Shown piece by piece: positions 34,664 through 44,021 of a stretch of DNA of 47,921 nucleotides. Location: contig JAQULM010000001.1 of NCBI GenBank assembly GCA_028718605.1, positions 603,201-651,121 on the forward strand, written 5' to 3'. How positions within the stretch are numbered: the stretch's first letter is position 1; each line of letters opens with the position of its first letter. The notes below the pieces were generated by a model that was given only the letters and a program-made list of their open reading frames with translations, made no database searches and was not told where the DNA came from. A program made the position numbers and the translations under genes. This stretch comes from Patescibacteria group bacterium. GTDB taxonomy: Bacteria > Patescibacteriota > Patescibacteriia > UBA10025 > JAHIVO01.

Positions 34664-36613
34664 ATGCAAAAAAATGGATACACGGTCCTCTTCACGGTCG
34701 TCATGGTGCTTTTGCTGCTGCCATTTATCCCTGAATTCATAGGGGGCCAACAGGCCAAGGCGGATACCATCGACGATTATTCGCCATTTACCGAAGCATT
34801 TGATCCTGCGAGCGCCGCGAGCGCCAGCGATGCATTCAGCGAAGGGTGTGTCGGGACGTACGGACCCCGGTCCGTGCCAGCCGTCGCGGAGGCGCCCCGC
34901 GTACTCGGCGCTACCGTCGTGAAAGCTGCTGCTGAGGAGCCTCCCGCATACCAAGCGCAGCTCACAGGAAAAAGCAATGGACTTATTACTCTCAACCCAG
35001 GCCAAGCACTCACTGTCTGGGTCGATTTTTTAAATACGGGAACTGCCACGTGGTACCGGAATGGCGACCACTTTATTGCATTGAATGTCGCTGGACCAGC
35101 AGGTCGCGAAAGCCCCTTTCAACATAAATTTTGGAATGAATACTACTACCGCCCAACGCGGCTGTTGCAGGACGAGGTAAAGCCGGGCGAGATCGGCCGG
35201 TTTCGCTTTGCCCTGCAGGCGCCTGAACAGGTTGCGACGTATTTCGAAGAATTCAGCCTGGTGGCTGAGAATCTTCTGTGGATCCCCGGGGGAAGCGTAC
35301 ATTTCACCATCGGCGTCGGGCAATCCGCAAAAGGCGTACCCTATTACCGGGCAGCGGTCGCGGGGAAAAGCAAAGGCGGCACTATAACGGCAGACCCAGG
35401 CGTCTCATTCACCTTCTGGGTTGATTTCAAAAATACCGGCTCGAAAACCTGGTACAACGCCGGCGACCATTTTATCGCACTGAACGTCGCGGACCCGATC
35501 GGCCGTGTCAGTGAATTTAAGCACGATTACTGGAATGAGTATTACTACCGGCCGGCGCGCCTCATGCAGCAGCGGGTGTTGCCCGGCGAAACGGGCCGAT
35601 TCCAATTTGCGCTCAAAGCGCCAACGGTCGAAGCATATTACACGGAAAAATTCGCTCTCGTTGCAGAAAATCTTCTGTGGATCCCCGGGGGCAACGTAAC
35701 CCTCAAATTTAAAATCGGCGACCCGCCGCAACAAACACCGGTCGAACCGATTACCGGCGAACCAACGGTGCGGATTGGCCTGTACACTACAACCGAAACG
35801 GTTACCGTTACGGCAAACGGCGCATATTCTGTCGTCACGCCTGCGGACGGAAAGCAGACTGCAAAAAAAGCGGACGTCATTACAAATATCGCGGTGAATG
35901 AATCAACGTATACGCGCATCGTGCCCGACGATCCGAACACGATCGTAGAAATCACAAGCTACCAGCACTCGCCGGGTTGGAATTCGACGCTCAATGACAA
36001 TACATTCCGCGGGAACGTTGAGGTCCGGCATTCTGCGAACACCGGCGAAACGTGGGTGATCAATGAGCTCCCGGTCGAATCATATCTCCGTGGCCTCGCG
36101 GAAGTGGTGAATGAACAGCCACCAGAATATTTGAAATCGCTCATTGTCGCGGCGCGGTCGTACGTTCTCTGGCACACCGTGCGCGGCGGGAAGCACGCGG
36201 ATAATTATTACGACATCAATGCCAACACCGACCAAGTGTACCGTGGCTATGGATTCGAGCAACGTTCAATTGACCCGCTCGCAGCAGTTATTGCAACAAG
36301 TGGCGTCGTGATCACGCATCCTGACGCGGTAACCACAATAAACCCCCAGGGTATTGCCATTGCAGCATACTCATCGGGCACGGACGGCAGGACACGGAGC
36401 TGGAATGAAGTATGGGCCGGAAGCGGATACCCGTGGCTTGTCTCGGTCGATGATCCATATGGAAAAATTTCAAACTGGAACACGCTTGAGGGAAACCACA
36501 TGGTCGGCTTGTCGGCCCAGGGCGCACGCGGGTATGCAACCGAGGAGGGAAAATCATTCGACTGGATTCTGCAACACTACTATTCAGGGACAAGTGTAGA
36601 AAAAATATATTAA
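34664..36613 (+). CDS. SpoIID/LytB-domain protein with two N-terminal repeated beta-sandwich modules
   Basis: It has a signal peptide. Two copies are present of WVDF(L/K)NTG(T/S).TWY..GDHFIALNVA.P.GR.S.F.H..WNEYYYRP.RL....V.PGE.GRF.FAL.AP....Y.E.F.LVAENLLWIPGG. The C-terminal SpoIID core is YLRGLAEV...LKSLIVAARSYVLW. Confidence 0.8.
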   Translation: MQKNGYTVLFTVVMVLLLLPFIPEFIGGQQAKADTIDDYSPFTEAFDPASAASASDAFSEGCVGTYGPRSVPAVAEAPRVLGATVVKAAAEEPPAYQAQLTGKSNGLITLNPGQALTVWVDFLNTGTATWYRNGDHFIALNVAGPAGRESPFQHKFWNEYYYRPTRLLQDEVKPGEIGRFRFALQAPEQVATYFEEFSLVAENLLWIPGGSVHFTIGVGQSAKGVPYYRAAVAGKSKGGTITADPGVSFTFWVDFKNTGSKTWYNAGDHFIALNVADPIGRVSEFKHDYWNEYYYRPARLMQQRVLPGETGRFQFALKAPTVEAYYTEKFALVAENLLWIPGGNVTLKFKIGDPPQQTPVEPITGEPTVRIGLYTTTETVTVTANGAYSVVTPADGKQTAKKADVITNIAVNESTYTRIVPDDPNTIVEITSYQHSPGWNSTLNDNTFRGNVEVRHSANTGETWVINELPVESYLRGLAEVVNEQPPEYLKSLIVAARSYVLWHTVRGGKHADNYYDINANTDQVYRGYGFEQRSIDPLAAVIATSGVVITHPDAVTTINPQGIAIAAYSSGTDGRTRSWNEVWAGSGYPWLVSVDDPYGKISNWNTLEGNHMVGLSAQGARGYATEEGKSFDWILQHYYSGTSVEKIY

Positions 36614-36755
36614 CGGAACTGATACTCGCTCCTCAGAAACACTCAAATTTGCTATACTTACCAGCGCTTTAACAAACTGACGAGGCGATAGGTCATGCCG
36701 AGCCCACGGGTTATACGGTCCCGGGGCGAGGCATACTTTATTGGAAGGGAAAGTG

Positions 36756-37463
36756 ATGAGAGGGAAACCTCTGGTTGCCCTCTCATATTACTCTATGACG
36801 CTGATCGGCCCCAACATGGAAGTTACGGAGTCCGACTGGGACAACATGAAAACCGAGCTGCAGAACTACGCGCGCGGAAAGTTTTGGCCTGACTACACCT
36901 GGCACGCGGCGCGCATGGCGGTGATTGACCCTGAGCGGTTCAAGGAAGTCCTGGTCAGTGATGATGAATGGATGGGGATGATGCGCCACCTCGAAAATTA
37001 CCGCCGCCAGCAAAACTGGGAAGCCTTTACCGCGCGGCTTGCCCGGATGAAGTTAATCGACTCGGTACGCGCTTCGCTCATCGAAATCCGCGATAATGAG
37101 TGGGCGAGCATCCTCGCAATCCTGAAAAAATGCGCAGCCCAGAACAACTGGGTCCTGTTTGCGTCCCATGCCTACCATATGAAAATAGTTGATGCCCAGC
37201 GGTTTGCGCAAATTCCAATCAGCGATACCGAGTGGGGCGGCATGATGGGCAAGCTCGAAGACTACCGGCAGCAGGACATCTCCGGCAAGTTCACCAAACA
37301 CGCGACGTACATGAAGACGATCGACCCGGCGCGGTTCAAGGCTGTCCGCATTGTCGCGCATGACTGGGAGCTCATCGCGCAGGAGTTGCAGGCGAAACGC
37401 GATAAAAACTACTGGGCCGCATTCGCTGCCCAGGCGAGCCGCATTAAAACGCTCCTCGATTAA
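36756..37463 (+). CDS. Repeat protein of unknown function (five ~43-aa helical repeats)
   Basis: The pattern (S)D.EW..M...L..YR.Q.NW.AF...A..MK.ID..RF recurs five times. ATG 36756 is preceded by a purine-rich GGAAGGGAAAG. The ORF-track start is TTG 36741. Confidence 0.6.
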   Translation: MRGKPLVALSYYSMTLIGPNMEVTESDWDNMKTELQNYARGKFWPDYTWHAARMAVIDPERFKEVLVSDDEWMGMMRHLENYRRQQNWEAFTARLARMKLIDSVRASLIEIRDNEWASILAILKKCAAQNNWVLFASHAYHMKIVDAQRFAQIPISDTEWGGMMGKLEDYRQQDISGKFTKHATYMKTIDPARFKAVRIVAHDWELIAQELQAKRDKNYWAAFAAQASRIKTLLD

Positions 37464-37493
37464 TGAACCGTTTTCTCGCGCGTAAAATAAGCA

Positions 37494-37519
37494 GAGGCCT
37501 CCGAAACTTCGGAGACCTC
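37494..37519. terminator. Hairpin between convergent genes
   Basis: GAGG-C-CTCCGA (AACT) TCGGAG-A-CCTC. The minus-strand side is followed by a U-rich UUAUUUU. Confidence 0.5.
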
Positions 37520-37542
37520 CGATTTGCAAACTGGCAAGCAGA

Positions 37543-38142
37543 CTACCGCCGTGCTGCTCTCTTCTTCTGCGCCCGAAGCCGCATGATCTTATGGTACTTA
37601 CCCTCGACCGAGTTGAGGGTCCGTTGCATACTTCGCGCAATCTGCGCGAATGATTTCCCTTTTTTCCGAAGCCGCACCAACCGACGCTCCTGCGCGGGCG
37701 TCCAGATTTTCCAGTCCGCCTTTGAGCCTGAGTACTGCGTCCGGCGAAGGCCAAGGGCTTTTGCTTTCCCATGAACCGAGTATACTGTTCGCCCAAGGCA
37801 AGCTGCAATCACCTCAACGGCAAGCCATGGATAGTTCTTGATGAGAAACAGCTCCTCTGCATGCGACCAGCGCTCACCGAGCCGGTCCCCGGACTTCAGA
37901 TGGTTGAACGGCATCGCTTTGCCTGTGGCACCGATACAATTGAGAAGCACGATCACGAGCTTCCCGAACTCAACGCCGTTCCGCGGATGCTTGCGCGCGC
38001 TCCTGAAACATTTGCGAAGCAACCGCTTTGTTTTGTAAGGAAATTTGCGGTATGCGGCTTGCAGCCCTGCGATGAGGCGTACGAGCTCTGCACTCGTAAG
38101 GCCGGCAACGCACACCCGGCCACTTTCCTTGTGGGGATTCAT
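37543..38142 (-). CDS. Myb/SANT-like HTH repeat protein
   Basis: There are two W-x18-22-(W/F)-type repeats: WSHAEELFLIKNYPWLAVEVIAACLGRTVYSVHGKAKALG and WTPAQERRLVRLRKKGKSFAQIARSMQRTLNSVEGKYHKI. ATG 38142 has a strong GAGGAGGA Shine-Dalgarno sequence a few nt upstream. The longer ORF-track start 38259 is unlikely. Confidence 0.55.
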   Translation of the reverse strand: MNPHKESGRVCVAGLTSAELVRLIAGLQAAYRKFPYKTKRLLRKCFRSARKHPRNGVEFGKLVIVLLNCIGATGKAMPFNHLKSGDRLGERWSHAEELFLIKNYPWLAVEVIAACLGRTVYSVHGKAKALGLRRTQYSGSKADWKIWTPAQERRLVRLRKKGKSFAQIARSMQRTLNSVEGKYHKIMRLRAQKKRAARR

Positions 38143-38464
38143 GTGTCCTCCTCTATTTACAATTCCTTCTGTTTCCAAAGGCCTGTTTTTCCTGCATCGC
38201 AACAATAAAAATGCGCACTGCAAGTGTACCACCGTACCACACCGCCCCGCGCTCGTCAATACGGTCTCCTGTTCTTTATTGTATCAGCATCCCATCCCCA
38301 AAGCTGAAAAAATATGGAATATTTTAACCTTTCTTTGACAAACAGTCATTGCAGAGTATTCTTTAGTTAGAAATCGCACCTTGAAAAACCCTTGGTTCTC
38401 AGTAACCGCGGGCTTTTCCGGTAAGTATGGCAATACAGTGTCAACCATAATGGGAGGTAGTAAT

Positions 38465-39193
38465 ATGGAAGCTATAGTGCAATACCCGTACGGTGCCTGG
38501 GAGCAGAAGTGCTACTACCAGAAGCATATGCTTATGGGCATTGGCTCCGCGGCTCTGCTAATGGTGCTGATAATTGTATCTGTCTGGCTGTATCGCGTCA
38601 TTACGTATGAGGATGTCGGCGGGACCACCCGGCCAATTCACATCACCATTGCCCAACTGGGGCAACCGCCTTCATTTTCAAGCAAGCTGCCACAGCCGGC
38701 TATCGCTAAGCCTGACATAGTCATGAAAAAGGTCGGTATCCCGACGCCGGTGGCCGATGAGGAAATTGCTGACGAGGACGTCGTGATCGCCACCCAGGAT
38801 GAACTGAAGGAAATTGCCGCGCCGGCAATCGCAGCTATGGCCGACCAATCCCAGGAGTTGGTGATTGATATTCCCGAGGAAGATCAAATACCAGCATCCA
38901 ATGTTTTCGTTGCGGTTGAACGGCAGCCAGTGCAAATCCGCGAGGAACAGCCGAAATACCCCGTGCTGGCTCTCGCTGGAGGCTTTACGGCAAAAGTAAC
39001 CATCGAAGCCTATGTTGGCAAAGATGGGAAAGTCAAAAAAGCCCAGGCGGTCAAATGCACCCGGCTTAACATGGGATTTGAAGAAGCCGCTATCGCAGCC
39101 GCGTACCTATGCGAATACTCGCCGGCTATCCAAAACGGGAACCCTGTCGCAGTGTGGATCGCATATACAGTGCAATTCACGCTTGTTAGGTAA
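38465..39193 (+). CDS. TonB C-terminal-domain protein (membrane-anchored, acidic/Pro linker)
   Basis: It has one TM helice (MGIGSAALLMVLIIVSVWLY) and an acidic linker. The C-terminus is PKYPVLALAGGFTAKVTIEAYVGKDGKVKKAQAVK...GFEEAAIAAAYLCEYSPAIQNGNPVAVW (TonB_C pattern). ATG 38465 follows GGGAGG. The ORF-track start is TTG 38381. Confidence 0.6.
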   Translation: MEAIVQYPYGAWEQKCYYQKHMLMGIGSAALLMVLIIVSVWLYRVITYEDVGGTTRPIHITIAQLGQPPSFSSKLPQPAIAKPDIVMKKVGIPTPVADEEIADEDVVIATQDELKEIAAPAIAAMADQSQELVIDIPEEDQIPASNVFVAVERQPVQIREEQPKYPVLALAGGFTAKVTIEAYVGKDGKVKKAQAVKCTRLNMGFEEAAIAAAYLCEYSPAIQNGNPVAVWIAYTVQFTLVR

Positions 39194-39247
39194 GCCCAAA
39201 CGAAAAAACAGTTACATCACATAACCGCCTGCTTCGGTAGGCGGTTA

Positions 39248-40255
39248 TTATAATACCAGCATCCCGTCGCCGAAACTGAAAAACCGGTACTTTTTACGTA
39301 CTGCGGTTTGGTACGCATGTAAAATACTTTTCCTGCCGGCGAATGCGGACACCAGCATCAATAACGTTGACTTCGGCAAGTGGAAATTGGTCACCATCGC
39401 ATCGACCACCGTGAACGTATACCCGGGATAGATAAACGTGTTAATCCATCCGTGAAACCCGCGCCGGTTCAACCCGACCGTCTCGAGCACCCGCACCGAC
39501 GTCGTGCCAACTGCAACGATACGTCTGCCCTCTTTTTTCGCCTGCCGCAGACGCTTGAGCGTCGCAACCGACACTTCGGCGTATTCAGAATGCATTTTGT
39601 GTTTCCTGATATCGTCAGCTTTCACCGGCTGGAACGTCCCATACCCGACGTGCAAAGTGACGTATTCAAACTGAACGCCTTTTTTTTTCAATGCTGCGAG
39701 CAACCTCTTGGTAAAATGAAAACCGGCAGTCGGGGCTGCCACTGACCCGGTCTTTTTCGCATATACGGTCTGATAGTCAACGAGTGGGGACGATTCTTTG
39801 ATGTACGGCGGCGTTGGCGTTCTGCCGATTCTGTTGCTCAAGGCAAAAACCTGCCGCGCTGTTTTATTGAACGCAACGTGCCACACGCCGGCGCCAAGTT
39901 GCTTTGTAACAGTGCACGAAAGACCCTTCTGGAACCGGATGTGCTGGCCAACCCGCCGCACCTTGCCGCCAATCAACGCTTCCCACGTAGTGCCCCGAAC
40001 CGGGCGCAGTAAGAACACCTCAATCTTCCCGCCTGTTTCCTTTTTGCCGATCAACCGCGCTTTAAATACTTTCGTGTCATTAAACACGAGCACGTCGCCG
40101 TTCCGTAAATACTTCGGCAGATTATAAAAATGGTCGTGCCGTAACGAATCGCTGCTGCGCTCCACTACTAACAGCCGCGAATGGTCCCGCGGCTTTTTCG
40201 GTACCTGTGCAATGCGTTCATGGGGCAGGTGATAGTCAAATAATGATAATTTCAC
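39248..40255 (-). CDS. queA: S-adenosylmethionine:tRNA ribosyltransferase-isomerase
   Basis: MKLSLFDYHLPHERIAQVPKKPRDHSRLLV...GDVLVFNDTKV...TPPYI...YQTVYA...GSVAAPTAGFHFT...VTLHVG.GTF.PV...H.MHSE... is full-length QueA-like. It uses a GTG start. Confidence 0.9.
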   Translation of the reverse strand: MKLSLFDYHLPHERIAQVPKKPRDHSRLLVVERSSDSLRHDHFYNLPKYLRNGDVLVFNDTKVFKARLIGKKETGGKIEVFLLRPVRGTTWEALIGGKVRRVGQHIRFQKGLSCTVTKQLGAGVWHVAFNKTARQVFALSNRIGRTPTPPYIKESSPLVDYQTVYAKKTGSVAAPTAGFHFTKRLLAALKKKGVQFEYVTLHVGYGTFQPVKADDIRKHKMHSEYAEVSVATLKRLRQAKKEGRRIVAVGTTSVRVLETVGLNRRGFHGWINTFIYPGYTFTVVDAMVTNFHLPKSTLLMLVSAFAGRKSILHAYQTAVRKKYRFFSFGDGMLVL

Positions 40256-40440
40256 AAGTAAAAGGATTTAAGGATCTTTCCGCGCTTTGCGGTGGAATCG
40301 TAGCAAAATTGAGGCGAAGAGGAGCGCTTCCCACCACGGATGGCGGGGAGGTGATCCCGCTTGCCCCTGCGATAGCAGTGGCGACCGAAGGGAGTTCGGG
40401 TCACCAGCGACGATAAGCCCAATTTTCAAGATTATGGAGC

Positions 40441-40490
40441 ATGCGCGGCGGTTCTTTTCCGCCGCTTTTCTTGGCGCCAAGAAAAGCAGC
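40441..40490. terminator. Two adjacent strong hairpins (terminator-like) in an ORF-free gap
   Basis: The first is GCGGCGG-ttcttttc-CCGCCGC followed by TTTTCTT. It is followed immediately by the perfect 20-nt palindrome TTTTCTTGGCGCCAAGAAAA. Confidence 0.45.
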
Positions 40491-41156
40491 ACATAGTAAC
40501 GCTTTAATTACATTGTAACATATACGAATAAACAAAAGGGCGATAGGAACACTGTCACCCTCCATTGAGCTCTGGAATCATCCCTTGCGTCGAGTTTGCG
40601 TTAGGACCGATTCCACCGGGTGTTGAACGTGTGCCCGCAGCTCACTTCGACCATACCGCGCCGGGTCTTCTTCGCCACCATTCCGTCCGTAACCGTGGAG
40701 GAAGGCGGGTGATGACCCCGGAAACCGCGCTTCTGCATCATGAAAACCTCCATGTGCAATGGCCCCTCTCGATTGAAGTACGTGCAAGCTGCCAGGGACC
40801 GTCGTTATCATTGTACGGACCAGACCAGTGCGCGTCAAAGTTTTATAAAATATAACGGGAGGAGACACATGATCTTCTCCCGGAATCATTACGCGCGTCC
40901 GAGGACGTGCGAGAACGATTTTTGCCGGTTCATACATTCCGGTTCGTACAGCCTGAAGGGTTGCTACGAAGTGGACATCAGAACCAGCCCGCTCAGCTTC
41001 TTCATACGACAGATACCTCCAAAAAAGAGTTTCTGCTGCCCGGGAACTAATCGACTACCTCGTTCCGGGATACTAATAGTGAACCACTATATTGAAATGC
41101 GGTCAATGTCTGCGCTGTTGAAAATCGAGAGCCCCCTTGGTACAATAAGCTCACGT

Positions 41157-41867
41157 ATGCAACTGCGGATCCAAAAAAAGAAAAAAGCGGGCTTGCGGAG
41201 CTATACGATGACAATTATCCTCGTGATCGCTGCTGCTGCCGTCGGGTATTTGATTTTTGTTAATTGGCAGCAGAGCTCGCATACGATCGACTCTGCCAAT
41301 TCCATCATTGAGGAGAATGTAAATGGGACGCACCATACGAACGCGACAAACCAAAAGCCCGAACCCGTTCCGCTTGAGACTGCCCAAGCTGATTTCCTCT
41401 GGATACCGGACCGTAGCATTGAAACGCCCATCCAGTACGTTGACGAAGCTACCGAGAAGGTGTTCCAGGAAGCGCTCACCAAAGGCGTCGTGCACTACCC
41501 GGGCACTGCCTTGCCGGGAGAGTACGGAAATCCGTACATATTCGGACACTCATCAGACTACGCGTGGAAAGCGGGGAATTACAAACAGGTTCTGAAACCC
41601 CTCGTCGATATTCCCGTCGGCACGGAAGTGCGCATTACGAACCCAGACGGTGAGCTGTTTATCTACCATGTCATCGAAACAAAAATCGTTGGCCCAAAAG
41701 ACGTCTCCGTCATGGACCAATTCAACTATGAGCGCAAGCTCCTCACACTCCAAACATCCTGGCCCGTCGGCACCGCCCTGAAACGCTACATCGCGGTGTG
41801 CGAACTCGATGAACAGGCGACATACGGCACCAGTACAAATAGTAATACCAACACTGCCCAATTATAA
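41157..41867 (+). CDS. Sortase-fold protein with Ser at the catalytic Cys position
   Basis: It has a basic N-terminus plus a TM helice (MQLRIQKKKKAGLRSYTMTIILVIAAAAVGYLIFV). Sortase elements are YIFGHSS (His), LLTLQTSWP (TLxTC with C replaced by S, codon TCC at 41755-41757) and KRYIAV (Arg). The ORF-track start 40740 adds about 139 non-protein-like residues. Confidence 0.7.
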   Translation: MQLRIQKKKKAGLRSYTMTIILVIAAAAVGYLIFVNWQQSSHTIDSANSIIEENVNGTHHTNATNQKPEPVPLETAQADFLWIPDRSIETPIQYVDEATEKVFQEALTKGVVHYPGTALPGEYGNPYIFGHSSDYAWKAGNYKQVLKPLVDIPVGTEVRITNPDGELFIYHVIETKIVGPKDVSVMDQFNYERKLLTLQTSWPVGTALKRYIAVCELDEQATYGTSTNSNTNTAQL

Positions 41868-41901
41868 AATGCGCCCCATTGCTTCTAAATGGCTGGTTTT
41901 G

Positions 41902-42924
41902 TTATACAAGCTTTGATTGCAGCGACGCGGGCGCTTCTTTACCGAGGTGTTTGTACCCTGATTCTGTCACCACGCGGCCGCGGGGCGTACGCGCAAGGAG
42001 CCCGATCTGCATAAGGTACGGCTCATACACATCCTCGAGCGTTGACTGGTCTTCGGATATCGCGGCAGCAATGGTTGTCAGCCCTACCGGACCGCCACCG
42101 AATTTTTCTATGATAATGGATAGGATTTTACGGTCAATATCATCGAGTCCCTGGCGGTCAATTTCGAGCTCCTTCAATGCTTCTGCCGCGATTGCTGGCG
42201 ATACGGTCCCGTCGCCCTTGACCTGCGCGTAGTCACGCACCCGCTTCAGGAGCCGGTTAGCAACACGCGGTGTGCGCCGTGCGCGCTTGGCGATTTCGTG
42301 CAGAGCGTCACCGTGAACCTTGATTTTAAGAATTTTTGCCGAGCGCTCAACGATCTTCCTGATATCCTCCTCCTCATAGAAATCCAGGCGGTACACGGTC
42401 CCGAAACGGTCACGGAGCGGGGAAGAAAGCAGGTGCACGCGCGTGGTTGCGCCGACGAGCGTAAACTTCGGGAGGTCGAGCCGCAGCGTGCGGGCGGACG
42501 GGCCTTTTCCAACGACAATGTCAAGCGCATAATCTTCCATGGCAGGATAAAAAATTTCTTCCACCACGCGGTTCAGGCGGTGGATTTCATCGATAAAGAG
42601 AATATCGCCATCCTCAAGGTTGGTAAGGATCGCACCGAGATCGCCGGCCTTCTCGATCGCCGGGCCTGACGTGACGCGGCAGTTGACGCCCATCTCATGC
42701 GCGATAATATGGGCGAGCGTTGTTTTCCCGATCCCCGGCGGCCCATGCAACAGCACATGCTCGAGCGGCTCGTCCCGTTGCTTGGCAGCTTTCATGAATA
42801 TTTCCAAATTCCGCTTAACCTTGCCCTGGCCGATGAATTCAGCAAGTGTTTTTGGCCGGAGGGTCAGGTCAAGGTTCTGGTCCTCCTTGTCCTCGTCCGC
42901 TGTAATAACTCGCGCTGGAGACAT
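41902..42924 (-). CDS. ruvB: Holliday junction branch-migration helicase RuvB
   Basis: [12 protein letters not shown]...[20 protein letters not shown]...[10 protein letters not shown]...TLVGATTR... is full-length RuvB-like. Confidence 0.95.
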   Translation of the reverse strand: MSPARVITADEDKEDQNLDLTLRPKTLAEFIGQGKVKRNLEIFMKAAKQRDEPLEHVLLHGPPGIGKTTLAHIIAHEMGVNCRVTSGPAIEKAGDLGAILTNLEDGDILFIDEIHRLNRVVEEIFYPAMEDYALDIVVGKGPSARTLRLDLPKFTLVGATTRVHLLSSPLRDRFGTVYRLDFYEEEDIRKIVERSAKILKIKVHGDALHEIAKRARRTPRVANRLLKRVRDYAQVKGDGTVSPAIAAEALKELEIDRQGLDDIDRKILSIIIEKFGGGPVGLTTIAAAISEDQSTLEDVYEPYLMQIGLLARTPRGRVVTESGYKHLGKEAPASLQSKLV

Positions 42925-42942
42925 ATGGCGATTTCGAATAAT

Positions 42943-43947
42943 TTACCGCCGCTTTAATGCGGAGCGTCGGCGATCCTTAAACCGTTTCACGCGGATCAAT
43001 CCTGAACAGGGAATAACCTCGACACCGCGTTTTTCAATCTCGTCCAGAAAAAAATTCATTCCAACTGAGTCCGAGGAAATGTGCCCCGCGATAATTACGT
43101 TGATATGGTGCTTCTCCGCCTCCTTCTTGTGCTCCTCCTGCATGTGCATGCCGATAATCGTCCCGATTCCAGCCTGGGCCATCCGCTCGTACATATCCTT
43201 CGACCCCTCAGTTCCACCCGTAATTTCTGTTAGCGCGATCTTGCCCGTATAGCGCTCGGGTGTACCAGTGAAAAGCATCGGGCCTGCTTTCAAACGAATA
43301 GCGGCGCGGTATTCCGGAATTTGTTTCAGGAGCTTCATCACGTCTCCGACGCGTTCGATGTTCCTGCTCTCGCGTTTCAGGAGCCTATGCAAGTAATTCG
43401 CCAAATTATTATCGGCGGCTGTATGTACGCAAATAATGTCCTGTTTAAGGAGCGCTGCCGCATCAACGGTCTTGTAATGGTTCACTGCGGAGATGGAACG
43501 CTCAACTTCATCGAGCCGGAGCTTGATTAAACTCTCAGCAATGGTAATGGGCACGCCATACTGTGCGAGCACCTCTGCCTGGAGCTCCATCACTTCGTGC
43601 AGGCCGGCAAGGGCTGACCCGACAGGATGATGAGCAATAATGAGGTCAATCGGCTTTTCGCGCGATAGCTCATGTGCGAGGAGCACCTCCTCCGCTTCAA
43701 TATCAATACCGGCAAGGACACGACGGACCGGCGTTTTGGGGTCACGCACATACATGCGCGTATCAGAAAACGGATTGGTCAGCCGTTCGCGGTCATACTC
43801 GCTCTTCTGCTCACGCGTCAGCTGGTCATACAGCATCCGTTCGCGTTTCAGCTTCTTCCGGACAGCGGCAGCGCCGCGCAAGTCGTTCTGGATCCCGAGA
43901 GAAATTGCGAGCTGATAAATTGCCTCGATAGTCATCATAAACAACAC
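42943..43947 (-). CDS. NIF3-like (dinuclear metal centre) family protein
   Basis: IDLIIAHHPVG and the C-terminal NVIIAGHISSDSVGMN resemble the two His-containing motifs of NIF3/YbgI proteins. The assignment is tentative. Confidence 0.45.
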   Translation of the reverse strand: MLFMMTIEAIYQLAISLGIQNDLRGAAAVRKKLKRERMLYDQLTREQKSEYDRERLTNPFSDTRMYVRDPKTPVRRVLAGIDIEAEEVLLAHELSREKPIDLIIAHHPVGSALAGLHEVMELQAEVLAQYGVPITIAESLIKLRLDEVERSISAVNHYKTVDAAALLKQDIICVHTAADNNLANYLHRLLKRESRNIERVGDVMKLLKQIPEYRAAIRLKAGPMLFTGTPERYTGKIALTEITGGTEGSKDMYERMAQAGIGTIIGMHMQEEHKKEAEKHHINVIIAGHISSDSVGMNFFLDEIEKRGVEVIPCSGLIRVKRFKDRRRSALKRR

Positions 43948-43992
43948 GTTTAATGATTAACGCACTTACATACTACCATCGCGGAGGCACTC

Positions 43993-44021
43993 TTGACAAG
44001 TTTTCCAAACCATGATATCAT
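43993..44021 (+). promoter_or_regulatory. Near-consensus sigma70-like promoter with no ORF behind it
   Basis: TTGACA (43993-98), a 17-nt spacer, then TATCAT (44016-21). Confidence 0.4.

Noticed and set aside
37053-37808. 251-aa minus-strand ORF
   Set aside because: It overlaps both the repeat-protein gene (plus strand) and the Myb-like gene, in another frame. The translation is Arg/Gly-rich with no motifs.
40578-40937. 119-aa minus-strand ORF (and a 50-aa ORF ending at 40593) as real genes in the queA-sortase gap
   Set aside because: They have Arg/Gly/His-rich composition, no RBS and no motifs. They are overlapped by equally long ORFs on the plus strand. I keep open the possibility of a decayed pseudogene (see the finding for 40256-41156).
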